In this document: one piece after another, positions 19,134 through 28,332 of the stretch
How positions within the stretch are numbered: the stretch's first letter is position 1
Layout: each line of letters starts with the position of its first letter
Assembly: GCA_964407995.1 (NCBI GenBank)
Contig: CAYOXP010000002.1
Location: 7,054-39,530 of the forward strand
DNA: 32,477 bases
Direction: 5' to 3'
Source of the DNA: an uncultured Aquiluna sp.
Lineage (GTDB): Bacteria; Actinomycetota; Actinomycetes; Actinomycetales; Microbacteriaceae
Position numbers and translations under genes: made by a program
The notes under the pieces: model-generated
What the model was told of the DNA's origin: nothing
The model's database searches: none
What the model saw: the letters and a program-made list of their open reading frames with translations, nothing else

Positions 19134-20211
19134 TTTCGCCCTCGACCTTTTCCGACTCGTCGGCTGAAGCATCTGAGAAAAGCTCCTCTTCTTCAACGAC
19201 GATCTCTTCCTCAGCAACAATCTCTACGGGAGATGTGGCGATTGCCTCAGGGATGATTGCGGTCGCAGCGGCTAAACCTACAAAACTGGTCGCCGTTAGA
19301 TCCTTTAGATTTCCGGCTTCTAGGTTTTCCTTGAGGTCTACAAGAAGATCTTCGGCCTGCTTAATCGCTTCTGCATCGCCAGTTTCTAGGCAGTGAAGCA
19401 GCCAGCTACCAAGCTCAAGTTCCGCATAGAGCATTGCGCGTTGAGCAAGGTTCTCGTCCGCGTTTGGACGAGCAGCTCGATAGTGCAGCATCGCGTCTTC
19501 AAAAGTAGATGGCAGTGCGCCACCGGATAGCCACCTAAAGTCTTCCGCTGGATCCGAGACGGATAGAGCGTTCCAGCCGGTGATTCCGATGATCTGCTGG
19601 CCTTCGATTAGCAGAGTCTCAGAGGAGATGGCCCCATGCGTAACGGTTGGGTGGAAGCGGAAAAGGCCAACATCTTCGAGCGCGGCTTCCCAGCGAGACA
19701 AAAGCGCTGCGGGGACTCGGCCTGTGGCAGCCATGCGATCTAGTTCTTTCACTTTGTTGTGAAGCAGCGAACTGGAGTCGTAAGTTGGCAAGCCAGCATC
19801 AACAAAGTCGTTCGCATTCAGGCCGTGAAGCGCCGCCATAGCCTCGGCGTAGGATCGCGAGAAGGGGCCAGGGCCCAGGCGTGAAAGATCTGGGTTTGAG
19901 CCACCGAGAAGCGTGAAGACGATCGCTCTAGAGCCGTCGGCATCCTGAGTCTGACCAATCTGGGTTGGAACCTCAAATGGCAGCTCTGCGGCATGAGATT
20001 TCAAGGATTTAAGAACCATCAACTCAGTGGCGAGTTCACTTACACCATTGCCGGTTGCTGGAATCTTTAGCTCGTAGCTATTGGATTCACCATCCCAAAG
20101 GCGCAAGGTTTCAACGTCTGGATTATCGGCCACTTTCAGGTAGTGACGGAAGTTTTTGCCAGGCGCGGCGTCGGCTGCCAGTGCAGCTAAAATCAGAGCA
20201 GGTCTTCCCAC
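19111..20211 (-). CDS. APH/kinase-like fold protein with a degenerate catalytic loop
   Basis: LKIP..E..VL N-lobe, LPFEVP, ALH, HGAISSETLL in place of HGDxxxxN, SDPAEDF; acidic tail. TAACCT 7 nt upstream of GTG. Confidence 0.8.
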   Translation of the reverse strand: MGRPALILAALAADAAPGKNFRHYLKVADNPDVETLRLWDGESNSYELKIPATGNGVSELATELMVLKSLKSHAAELPFEVPTQIGQTQDADGSRAIVFTLLGGSNPDLSRLGPGPFSRSYAEAMAALHGLNANDFVDAGLPTYDSSSLLHNKVKELDRMAATGRVPAALLSRWEAALEDVGLFRFHPTVTHGAISSETLLIEGQQIIGITGWNALSVSDPAEDFRWLSGGALPSTFEDAMLHYRAARPNADENLAQRAMLYAELELGSWLLHCLETGDAEAIKQAEDLLVDLKENLEAGNLKDLTATSFVGLAAATAIIPEAIATSPVEIVAEEEIVVEEEELFSDASADESEKVEGETTLDELF

Positions 20212-20275
20212 GTATCAAAGGTTAGACGCTGAATAGCGCTTGGCCGCAATGCCACGCGAAGCATAAGGAATCACG

Positions 20276-21907
20276 ATGAGCGCTGAGGCTGAAACTCATC
20301 CACTGCTAGAAGCATTGGATCCTCAGCAGCGCGCAGCCGCAGAAACATTACGTGGACCAGTAAGTATTTTGGCTGGTGCCGGCAGCGGTAAAACTCGAAC
20401 CATTTCCCATCGAATTGCCTACGGGATCGATCAAGGCGTGTACGCCGCCAATCGTGTCTTGGCTCTCACCTATACCAACCGTGCAGCTAGCGAACTTCGG
20501 CAACGATTGAAGCTACTTGGTGCTTCGGGCGTGCAGGTCAGAACCTTTCACTCGGCCGCGCTGAGCCAACTTCAATTCTTTTGGCCTCAGCTAACGGGCT
20601 CACTGGCCCCAAAGCTAATGACCTCAAAGCTTTCTGCTGTGAAAGAGGTTCTGAGCGATCTTCGGATCGAGGTCGCGGAAGATGCCCTGAGATCATTGAT
20701 CTCAGAACTTGAGTGGATGAGATACTCACTGACTCAGCCAGCCGACTACGCGGAGCTGGGGAGAGAGGTCGCAGGCTTTTCACCAGAGCGTTTTTTGGCA
20801 GTTCTTTCAGGTTATGAGGAGATAAAGCAGAAGCGCAGGGTTGCCGATTGGGAAGACGTAATCGCCCTTACAACTGGGCTCTTGCGCAGCGAATCAAGAA
20901 TGCTCGAGCACTTCCGTCAGCAGTATCGGTTTTTTACGGTCGATGAATACCAAGACATCTCACCCCTTCAGCAAGCACTCTTGGAAACTTGGCTGGGCGA
21001 TCGGGAAGACATCTGCGTAGTGGGCGACCCGCGTCAGGCCATCTATGGGTTCGCGGGTGCGGATGCTGGATTCCTAAACAGCTTTGGATCCAGGTTCGAT
21101 TCGGCAGAAGTCTTTGAACTTAACGCAAATTATCGCTCAACCCCAGAGATTGTTGCATTGGCCAACAGGGTTTCTGAACACGGAGAATTGGTTGCCACGA
21201 GAACCTTCAGTGCGCAACCCACGAGGTTCGAAGCCGCGTCAGTTCCTGCTGAGGCCAAGCGCATTGCGGATCGAATTCAGGCACTTATCGAATCCGGAAA
21301 ACAGCCCTCTGAGATTGCTGTGTTATCCAGAATTAATCAGCAACTAATTCCGATCGAGCAAGAACTAAAACAGCGATCTATTCCGTGCCAGGTTCGTGGC
21401 GCCGGCAGGTTCTTCTCTAACCCGCTTGTGCTGAAAGCCATGACAGCTCTCAAGGCGTTACAGGTTGGCTCGGCAAACACGAACTTGTTTGAGGCTCTGA
21501 GCGAGATTCTGCGTCAACTGGGTTGGTCATCCAGGGGTAATCAGGATGAGAACTGGCAAACACTCAACTGGTTCATGGAGGTTTTTGAAGAACTGGCAGA
21601 CCCAAGCCTCGACGAGTATCTGCGTGAACTTGAGGAGCGCGAGCGCTCAGGCGATGAGCCGATTCGAAACACAGTAACTTTGGCAACGATTCACGCAACT
21701 AAAGGCTTGGAGTGGTCAGCTGTGTATTTATGCGGACTAAACCAGGGGCTGTTTCCAATCTCGCATGCAACCTCCGAGGCTGAATTGAGCGAGGAGAGGC
21801 GTCTTTTCTACGTTGCAATCACTAGAGCCAAAGATCTTCTAACCCTTAGCTCTATTGCAGATCGCCAACCTTCGGAATATCTAACCCTCGTCGACAACCG
21901 CAGTTAG
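20276..21907 (+). CDS. uvrD2: ATP-dependent DNA helicase, UvrD2-like (no HRDC domain)
   Basis: LDPQQ, AGAGSGKT, VDEYQD, VGDPRQAIYGF, NYRS, TIHATKGLEW, EERRLFYVAITRA; syntenic position after adnAB. Confidence 0.85.
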   Translation: MSAEAETHPLLEALDPQQRAAAETLRGPVSILAGAGSGKTRTISHRIAYGIDQGVYAANRVLALTYTNRAASELRQRLKLLGASGVQVRTFHSAALSQLQFFWPQLTGSLAPKLMTSKLSAVKEVLSDLRIEVAEDALRSLISELEWMRYSLTQPADYAELGREVAGFSPERFLAVLSGYEEIKQKRRVADWEDVIALTTGLLRSESRMLEHFRQQYRFFTVDEYQDISPLQQALLETWLGDREDICVVGDPRQAIYGFAGADAGFLNSFGSRFDSAEVFELNANYRSTPEIVALANRVSEHGELVATRTFSAQPTRFEAASVPAEAKRIADRIQALIESGKQPSEIAVLSRINQQLIPIEQELKQRSIPCQVRGAGRFFSNPLVLKAMTALKALQVGSANTNLFEALSEILRQLGWSSRGNQDENWQTLNWFMEVFEELADPSLDEYLRELEERERSGDEPIRNTVTLATIHATKGLEWSAVYLCGLNQGLFPISHATSEAELSEERRLFYVAITRAKDLLTLSSIADRQPSEYLTLVDNRS

Positions 21908-22895
21908 TCTCGGGTTGAGCAACTGCGTTCATGAAACCGGTTTGATGATCAATCACTAATTCCTGGTTATCTAGGTAGCTGAGAAGTCCTGAGTCTAGAT
22001 ATTTCACAATGCGACCAAGCGCGATACCCAATGTGGTTAGGAGCAGGCTGGTGTCTGCGAAGTCCCGATCAAAGCCAGTGAGTTGAGTTGCCGTCTGGAG
22101 CCAGCTCGCGTCCTCGACCATTCTCTGAAGTTCGTTGCATGCCAGGCAGGGCGTAATGCCCGGGACCACAAGTTGGCTAACTCGTGCCCCGGTCTCGGTG
22201 AATGTGATCGCTATGTGGGCTGTGTCTCTAGTCATCCACGGTTGGTAGCTCTCGGGATTTATGACATCTGACTGAATTAGCAGTGCACAATCCACTTTTG
22301 ACAGTGACTCGTTTAGCTTGGTGTGTAATTCAAATGCTGCCTTGGGTTTATCTAATAATTCGCGAATCGCCTGGTGTCTCGGTATTCCAATTTGGGCAAC
22401 TCGATAACCAAGCTCAGAAGTATCTTTGGCCTTGACCCTGGTACCGTCGAAAGTCGCAATTTGACCTACACCGAGGTTGTACAACCCTCTTGCCGCAACC
22501 AATCCGGCTCGGCCGATTGTTGAGACGAATACCTTAGCTAGCTTGCGCTGCTGCATCACGAGGGCTGGATCTTGGTCCCCGTTTGCGTAGATTCGCAGAA
22601 TTTCGGTGAATCGTTGCTCGATTTCTCTGGCTGAAAGCGAAGGGATAAAGCTAGTGGTGGTTTTCACTAGAGGCCCCAGCTGTTCCAGAAGTGCTTGAAG
22701 CGGCTCTCGTTTGATTTTGGCTATTTGTTCGAGATTTAGAAACTGGTCGTTAGTCAACCCCGATTCGAGTAGGTCAAGTGCTCTGTGCTCAGCCTCGCTG
22801 GTGACTTTTATCAACCTGTAGGTCTCGGCACCGTATCGACGCGCATCGTGTTGTTGCCAGAGTCTTGCAAGAGAAGGATTTATTTGTTTGGCCAT
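21852..22895 (-). CDS. ThiF/E1-like (TOMM C-protein-like, Rv3196-type) protein
   Basis: Degenerate Rossmann motif VFVSTIGRAG..LGVGQIATFD, LVVPGITPCLAC, C-terminal CGC. Confidence 0.65.
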   Translation of the reverse strand: MAKQINPSLARLWQQHDARRYGAETYRLIKVTSEAEHRALDLLESGLTNDQFLNLEQIAKIKREPLQALLEQLGPLVKTTTSFIPSLSAREIEQRFTEILRIYANGDQDPALVMQQRKLAKVFVSTIGRAGLVAARGLYNLGVGQIATFDGTRVKAKDTSELGYRVAQIGIPRHQAIRELLDKPKAAFELHTKLNESLSKVDCALLIQSDVINPESYQPWMTRDTAHIAITFTETGARVSQLVVPGITPCLACNELQRMVEDASWLQTATQLTGFDRDFADTSLLLTTLGIALGRIVKYLDSGLLSYLDNQELVIDHQTGFMNAVAQPETNCGCRRGLDIPKVGDLQ

Positions 22896-22925
22896 CGGCC
22901 CAGACTTGCAAAAAGCATCAAAGAT

Positions 22926-22944
22926 TGCTTGACGCTTTCCACAA
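22926..22944 (-). promoter_or_regulatory. DnaA-box-like upstream motif (copy 1)
   Basis: Minus strand TTGTGGAAAGCGTCAAGC; the 9-mer lies at -48..-40 from the ATG of the ThiF-like gene. Confidence 0.45.
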
Positions 22945-22945
22945 C

Positions 22946-24220
22946 CTAGTCACCCAGCAGTTTCCTCAGTTCGTTGTCGAAGTCATCACCAGAAGTGCGT
23001 AAGCGTTCTATGAGTAGTTGTGGATTCTGAATTTCTTCACTAGATGGAAGCTGATCGGGGTGCTTCCACAGATCGTCGGCCTCTTGGCTTGACAGCTCGG
23101 CTCTAACTCTTTGCCACATGGCCAAAGCCTCACGCTGCAGTCGTGGCCGAAGCTCCAACCCTAGAAGTGTTGCGAAAGTCTTTTGAGATGCCCCAACTGC
23201 TTGATGGCGACGCAGCAATTCAGCGAGCTGATTCACATTTGGCAAGCGTTCAGTAGCCTCTAGCGTTACCGCATCCGCCCAACCTTCCACCAGGGCAAGC
23301 ATGGTTTCGATCCTCGCAAGAGCAATTTCTTGTTCCGGCGTTCTAGGGGTAATTAGGGCTCCGGATTCAATAACAATGTTGAAGGTAGAAGGATCATTTG
23401 GATCAACCTGGGATGCTAAATCCTGCACCGAATCGGTATCAATTCTCAACCCCGCGGCAAACTCACGAACCTGGGCAATTAATTGGTCTCTGAGCCACTT
23501 ATTGGATGCGTATAGAGCGCTCAAAGCTAGCTCCCTGGTCGCCAGGAAAATGAGCATCTCAGACTTAGATGTTTCTAGGCCAGCTAGGTATTCATCGAGA
23601 TTCTGAAGCAAGAACCCTGGGCGATTGCTCAGAGGAATGCCGACTTCGGAGCTGGTAAGTACGCTCTGCGATAGTTTGCCAATCGCCTGCCCTAGCTGCA
23701 TAGCAAACATCGCAGCGCCGGCATTTTGCAGAAACTTTGCGGCAGGGGCAGCCATCCCGGAGAGCTCCTGCGGCATCACGCTTTGGAGATTCTCGCTGAT
23801 GGCTTTTGCCATTCCAGCAGCTACCGGCTCTGAAAGTTCACGAAATAAAGGAATGGCGTCTTGCACCCATAAGCCTCTGCTTAGATTCTTCGGGCTTTGG
23901 CTGTTTTGGAATTCAGTGGCCTGGCCCAACCAAAGTCGGGCCATTTCAAACGCATTTTGAATCTCTTGCTCCAGGGCAGGCCTTGTAACCTTCGATTCCT
24001 TATTCGCAATATCTGTTGCAGTCTTTGTGGCAAGCTCCCAATTGACCGGGCCCGAGCTATCGCTCATCATCGCCTTGACTTGCTCAAACATCTGGCCAAG
24101 CACACTTGGATCCAGACCAACACCTGCAATCTTTGCCAGTTCTTGAGGGTCGAGTTGGCCTGTCTCGAACATGCGCTTGAGGAGCGCCTCGAGTTCTTCG
24201 CGGTTGCGATCTTCTTCCAC
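22946..24220 (-). CDS. DUF2342 zincin-like (zinc-dependent metalloprotease family, Rv3195-type) protein
   Basis: GPVNWELA, QLGQAIGKLS..VL, LATRELA, LARIETMLALVEGW, FATLLGLELRPR..REA, LWKHPDQLP; GAAAGG SD. Confidence 0.85.
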   Translation of the reverse strand: MEEDRNREELEALLKRMFETGQLDPQELAKIAGVGLDPSVLGQMFEQVKAMMSDSSGPVNWELATKTATDIANKESKVTRPALEQEIQNAFEMARLWLGQATEFQNSQSPKNLSRGLWVQDAIPLFRELSEPVAAGMAKAISENLQSVMPQELSGMAAPAAKFLQNAGAAMFAMQLGQAIGKLSQSVLTSSEVGIPLSNRPGFLLQNLDEYLAGLETSKSEMLIFLATRELALSALYASNKWLRDQLIAQVREFAAGLRIDTDSVQDLASQVDPNDPSTFNIVIESGALITPRTPEQEIALARIETMLALVEGWADAVTLEATERLPNVNQLAELLRRHQAVGASQKTFATLLGLELRPRLQREALAMWQRVRAELSSQEADDLWKHPDQLPSSEEIQNPQLLIERLRTSGDDFDNELRKLLGD

Positions 24221-24297
24221 TCACTGCCTTTCGCCAGGTTTGACGCTACTGCCAAAAGCTTGCAAATTCCATTGAAAACGCAGTGATCCGCGGCTGT

Positions 24298-24311
24298 GTT
24301 CGCCCACGGCG
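24298..24311. promoter_or_regulatory. Candidate ClgR operator
   Basis: GTTCGC-CCACG-GCG matches the actinobacterial ClgR consensus GTTCGC-N5-GCG and lies between two divergent protease-family genes. Confidence 0.55.
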
Positions 24312-24358
24312 TTAGGTCGCTCAGCTTCGTCGCAAGATTGATGCCTAGCATTGACGCA

Positions 24359-25420
24359 ATGACTTTTTTCAACGGTGGCGGACCCCGTCGCAAACTTGGC
24401 GGTTGGGCAATAACAGCGATGCTGATGCTCAGCATCGGCTCTCTGATGCTGCTGCCATCGGGCTATGTGATCGAACGCCCCGGACAGGTCTTTAACGTGA
24501 TGGGGGAGCTTGACGGGCAGCAGGTGATTTCCGCTCTCGATGTTGAGATCTACGAATCGGAAACCCAGTTAGACATCACGACAGTATCGCTTTTGGGTAA
24601 CCGTGAATCCAACCCGGGTTGGCTGCAAGTGCTCTGGGCCTGGCTGGACCCCGAGCAGGTGGTGCTACCCCTTGATCAGGTCTATCCACCAAATCTCTCA
24701 ACCGAACAGGTGCGAGCTGAGTCATCGGCCCAAATGGAAGTTTCGCAACAGGATGCCATTGCTGCAGCCCTAACCCAGCTTGGTTACAAATACTCTCGCC
24801 AGCTGTATGTCGCATCCGTTCTTGAGGAAACACCAGCGTCAAAGAAATTGGTGGCAGCAGACTTTATTGTCGGTGTCAACGGCACGCAGATCTCTACATT
24901 TGAAGAACTCAAGGCTGCAATTCAGGCGTCTGAGGGTAATGAAATGGTGATCAACGTGATTCGTGAAGATCAAAGTATGGACATCGCCATAAATCCGGTA
25001 AAGAAAGACGATTCGTACGTAATTGGCGCCATGGTCGGATACACCTATGACTTTCCGGTCGATATCCAATTGCAGTTAGGCGAGGTCGGAGGACCATCCG
25101 GCGGCTTGATTTTTAGCCTTGGCATCATCGACAGCTTGACTCCGGGATCGCTAGCGGGTGACACTCACATTGCCGGGACTGGAACTATCGATGCCGCGGG
25201 TAACGTGGGCCCAATTGGCGGAATTGAACTAAAGATGATCGGCGCCAGAAATGCCGGCGCCAAGCTGTTTTTAGCGCCACAAGGAAACTGCAACGAGGTA
25301 ATCGGGCAGATTCCTGACGGTTTAGATGTTGTTATCGTTGAAACATTGGATTCGGCAATTACTGCCATTGCCGAGTATCAGCAGGGCGTCTCGGTCCCTG
25401 CAATTAGTTGTGAGCCATAG
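24359..25420 (+). CDS. Membrane-anchored PDZ + Lon-C (S16) protease (YlbL/Rv3194c-like)
   Basis: Start re-called to ATG 24359 (TAGCAT 7 nt upstream). N-terminal TM, PDZ domain, Ser-Lys dyad GGPSGGL ... IAGTGTI..G.VGPIGGIELK. Confidence 0.9.
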   Translation: MTFFNGGGPRRKLGGWAITAMLMLSIGSLMLLPSGYVIERPGQVFNVMGELDGQQVISALDVEIYESETQLDITTVSLLGNRESNPGWLQVLWAWLDPEQVVLPLDQVYPPNLSTEQVRAESSAQMEVSQQDAIAAALTQLGYKYSRQLYVASVLEETPASKKLVAADFIVGVNGTQISTFEELKAAIQASEGNEMVINVIREDQSMDIAINPVKKDDSYVIGAMVGYTYDFPVDIQLQLGEVGGPSGGLIFSLGIIDSLTPGSLAGDTHIAGTGTIDAAGNVGPIGGIELKMIGARNAGAKLFLAPQGNCNEVIGQIPDGLDVVIVETLDSAITAIAEYQQGVSVPAISCEP

Positions 25421-25429
25421 GAGAACCAG

Positions 25430-28309
25430 TTGACTCAGACCCCAAGACCGCAAGCTCGAAAGACCTCGCCGTTTTCAATCGCCATCGGAATCATTGCTGT
25501 AATAGTGACGATTTTGCTGGCTGCTGCTGGCATCTACACCGACTGGTTGTGGTTCCGTCAACTGGGCTTTGAGGTGGTCTTCTTCACTCAAATTGCCGCC
25601 CAGATTGCTAGCTTCTTGGCTGGTTGGCTTGTGATGACCGTGCTTGTTGGTGTCGGATTGGCTTTGGCTTGGCGAAACCGGCCGGTTTACCTGCGCCTCC
25701 CTGAGGCATCGCCATTTCAGGCCTACCAGCAGATGATTGAATCTGTTGGCAAGTTAGTTCGTTTTGGTTTGCCGGTGGTAATCGGCGTTTTCGGCGGCCT
25801 GTTGGTTTCACGTCAGTGGGAGGCAATTGCGCTTTGGCTAACCGGAGAGGCATTCGGTATTACCGACGGTCATTTCGGTTTGGACATCAGTTTCTACGTA
25901 TTCCAGCTCCCATTTTTGAGCTTTGCAATTGGTTACCTATCCGGGGCGATTCTGCTTGCAGCTTTGGTAAACGGTGCTGTTCACCTCATCTATGGCGGGA
26001 TACGTATTACTGGCCGTGAGGTCAAGGTTTCGAAGCCGGCGAGAATTCAGCTGGCGATCTTTGTTGCCCTATACCTTGCGCTTCAGGGAGTAAGTCTGTG
26101 GTTTGACCAGTACTCGAGCGTCACCTCATCTGGTGAGCTATTTACTGGCGTCAATTACACCGCAGCTAACGCGCTTATCCCTGGGCTTCAGATCATGGCC
26201 ATGATCTCAGTAGTTGTTGCGGTGCTATTCATCGTTACAGCGGTTATCGGAAAGTGGCGAATTGCCATTATTGGAACCGCTTTGATGGTGGTCAGTTCCG
26301 TCGTACTTGGCGGTCTCTACCCATGGCTTGTGCAAACCTTCCAGGTGGTTCCGAATGAGCGCACTCTTGAGGGTCCCTACCTCCAGAAGAACATTGACTC
26401 GACCAGGGTGGCCTACGGCCTAGACCAGGTCGAGGTTATCGAGTATGACGCGACTGTTGTAGCTGAGCCTGGAGCTCTGCGCAACGATGCCAAGACCACA
26501 GCTTCGATTCGCATCATCGACCCGGCACTGGTTTCCGATGCTTTCAGGCAGTTGGAGCAGTACCGCCAGTACTACAGCTTCCCGAACCGCCTGCACGTAG
26601 ACCGCTATGAGATTGATGGCCAAATTCAGGACACCGTTGTTGCAGTGCGCGAACTGAACCAGGCTGGTCTGGGTGACTCACAGTCTTGGTATAACTCGAC
26701 CATTGTGTACACCCATGGTTTTGGTCTAGTTGGTGCCTACGGAAACAAACGTGATAGCGACGGTAAGCCACTGTTCTTGCAGTCAGGCATCCCTTCGGTT
26801 GGGCAGCTCGGAGAGTTTGAGCCTCGGGTTTACTTTGGCGCTAACTCGCCGCTTTATTCAATCGTCGGAGCACCGGAAGGTTCTGAGCCACTCGAGTTCG
26901 ACTTCCCGGCTGGAACAGAGGGTCAGCGCGAAACATACACCACCTTCCAGGGTGAGGGCGGACCTCAGATCGGCGACCTAGTGACACGTTTGGCATACGC
27001 GCTCAAATTCCAAAGTGAGCAGATTCTGCTTTCGGATGCGATCAATGCGAACTCGCAGATCTTGTATAACCGCGACCCTGCAACCAGGGTTCAGGAGCTG
27101 GCTCCTTATCTGACTCTTGACTCCGAGGTTTACCCTGCTGTGGTCGATGGTCGGATCAAGTGGATTGTCGATGGCTATACCACCACTGATCGCTACCCAT
27201 ACTCAAACACCGAGAACTTTCTAGCGGCCAAGCTCGACTCCAGTTCCGAAGGCTTTGGTTCCGGAGCGACTTCGATCAACTACATCCGCAACTCAGTGAA
27301 GGCAACCGTGGATGCCTATGACGGCTCAGTTGATCTTTATCAGTGGGATGAGACCGATCCGATTCTGAAGGCCTGGATGAAGGTCTACCCAGAAACCGTG
27401 CAGCCAAAGTCGGCCATGAGCGGCGATCTGATGGCTCACGTACGCTACCCAGCCGACCTGTTCAAGGCCCAGCGCTCAATCTTGGGTCGTTACCACGTGA
27501 CCGATGCCGGATCCTTCTACTCGCAGCAGGATGCCTGGATGACACCAAATGACCCTGTCGAGGGAACTGGCATTGGAGACCTGCAGCCTCCTTATTACCT
27601 AACCCTGCAGGCCCCAGGTCAATCTCAGAGTGCATTCTCGCTCTACTCCACCTTTATCCCGCAGTCCACTGGGGAAACCACAAGAAACGTGCTCACTGGC
27701 TATTTGATTGCAAATGCCGATGCGGGTAAAGAGTCTGGCAAGGTGAGCGCTGACTATGGAAAGCTCACCCTGCTGAATTTGCCTAGAGAGACAATTGTCC
27801 CTGGCCCCGGTCAGGTTCAAAATAACTTCAATGCCGACAGCAATGTTTCATCGCTTTTGAACATTCTGCGCCAAGGTTCGACCAGAGTATTGAACGGTAA
27901 CTTGCTTACACTTCCGGTTGGAGGTGGACTGCTATACGTGCAGCCGGTATACATTGAGTCAACCGGTGAGACCAGCTATCCGCTGCTTCAGAAGATCTTG
28001 GTGGCCTTCGGCGACCAGATTGCATTCGAGGACACTTTGGATCAGGCGCTAGATGTGCTGTTCGGTGGCAACTCAGGTGCTAACGGTGGCGATGCCAATA
28101 ACGGCACCGGTACCTCAACAAGCACCGATTCCGGAAATGTGCAGATCGAAAATCCTGAACTAGCAGCAGTTCTTGAGATTGCCCGCCAGGCCATTGCTGA
28201 CAAGCAAGCCGCTCTAGCTCAAGGTGACTGGACAGCTTATGGTCAAGCAGACGAGAAACTGGCCAAGGCAATTGAACAGGCACTGGAACTGGTAGCGAAC
28301 CAGGAGTAA
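25430..28309 (+). CDS. UPF0182 family membrane protein
   Basis: YTDWLWF, multiple TM segments, FGLDISFYVF.LP, YTHGFG, PRVYFG, WIVDGYTT, NYIRNSVKATVDAYDG, GNLLTLP; AGGAG SD with TTG start. Confidence 0.94.
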   Translation: MTQTPRPQARKTSPFSIAIGIIAVIVTILLAAAGIYTDWLWFRQLGFEVVFFTQIAAQIASFLAGWLVMTVLVGVGLALAWRNRPVYLRLPEASPFQAYQQMIESVGKLVRFGLPVVIGVFGGLLVSRQWEAIALWLTGEAFGITDGHFGLDISFYVFQLPFLSFAIGYLSGAILLAALVNGAVHLIYGGIRITGREVKVSKPARIQLAIFVALYLALQGVSLWFDQYSSVTSSGELFTGVNYTAANALIPGLQIMAMISVVVAVLFIVTAVIGKWRIAIIGTALMVVSSVVLGGLYPWLVQTFQVVPNERTLEGPYLQKNIDSTRVAYGLDQVEVIEYDATVVAEPGALRNDAKTTASIRIIDPALVSDAFRQLEQYRQYYSFPNRLHVDRYEIDGQIQDTVVAVRELNQAGLGDSQSWYNSTIVYTHGFGLVGAYGNKRDSDGKPLFLQSGIPSVGQLGEFEPRVYFGANSPLYSIVGAPEGSEPLEFDFPAGTEGQRETYTTFQGEGGPQIGDLVTRLAYALKFQSEQILLSDAINANSQILYNRDPATRVQELAPYLTLDSEVYPAVVDGRIKWIVDGYTTTDRYPYSNTENFLAAKLDSSSEGFGSGATSINYIRNSVKATVDAYDGSVDLYQWDETDPILKAWMKVYPETVQPKSAMSGDLMAHVRYPADLFKAQRSILGRYHVTDAGSFYSQQDAWMTPNDPVEGTGIGDLQPPYYLTLQAPGQSQSAFSLYSTFIPQSTGETTRNVLTGYLIANADAGKESGKVSADYGKLTLLNLPRETIVPGPGQVQNNFNADSNVSSLLNILRQGSTRVLNGNLLTLPVGGGLLYVQPVYIESTGETSYPLLQKILVAFGDQIAFEDTLDQALDVLFGGNSGANGGDANNGTGTSTSTDSGNVQIENPELAAVLEIARQAIADKQAALAQGDWTAYGQADEKLAKAIEQALELVANQE

Positions 28310-28332
28310 ATCTGGTAATGTTGGAGCTTCGC

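Noticed and set aside
19111-20211. Macrolide or aminoglycoside resistance gene
   Set aside because: Catalytic Asp residues are absent and the context is core chromosomal.
13196-21907. Helicase-nuclease plus kinase cluster as a novel anti-phage defence system
   Set aside because: It matches the conserved housekeeping adnAB-uvrD2 locus in standard actinobacterial synteny.
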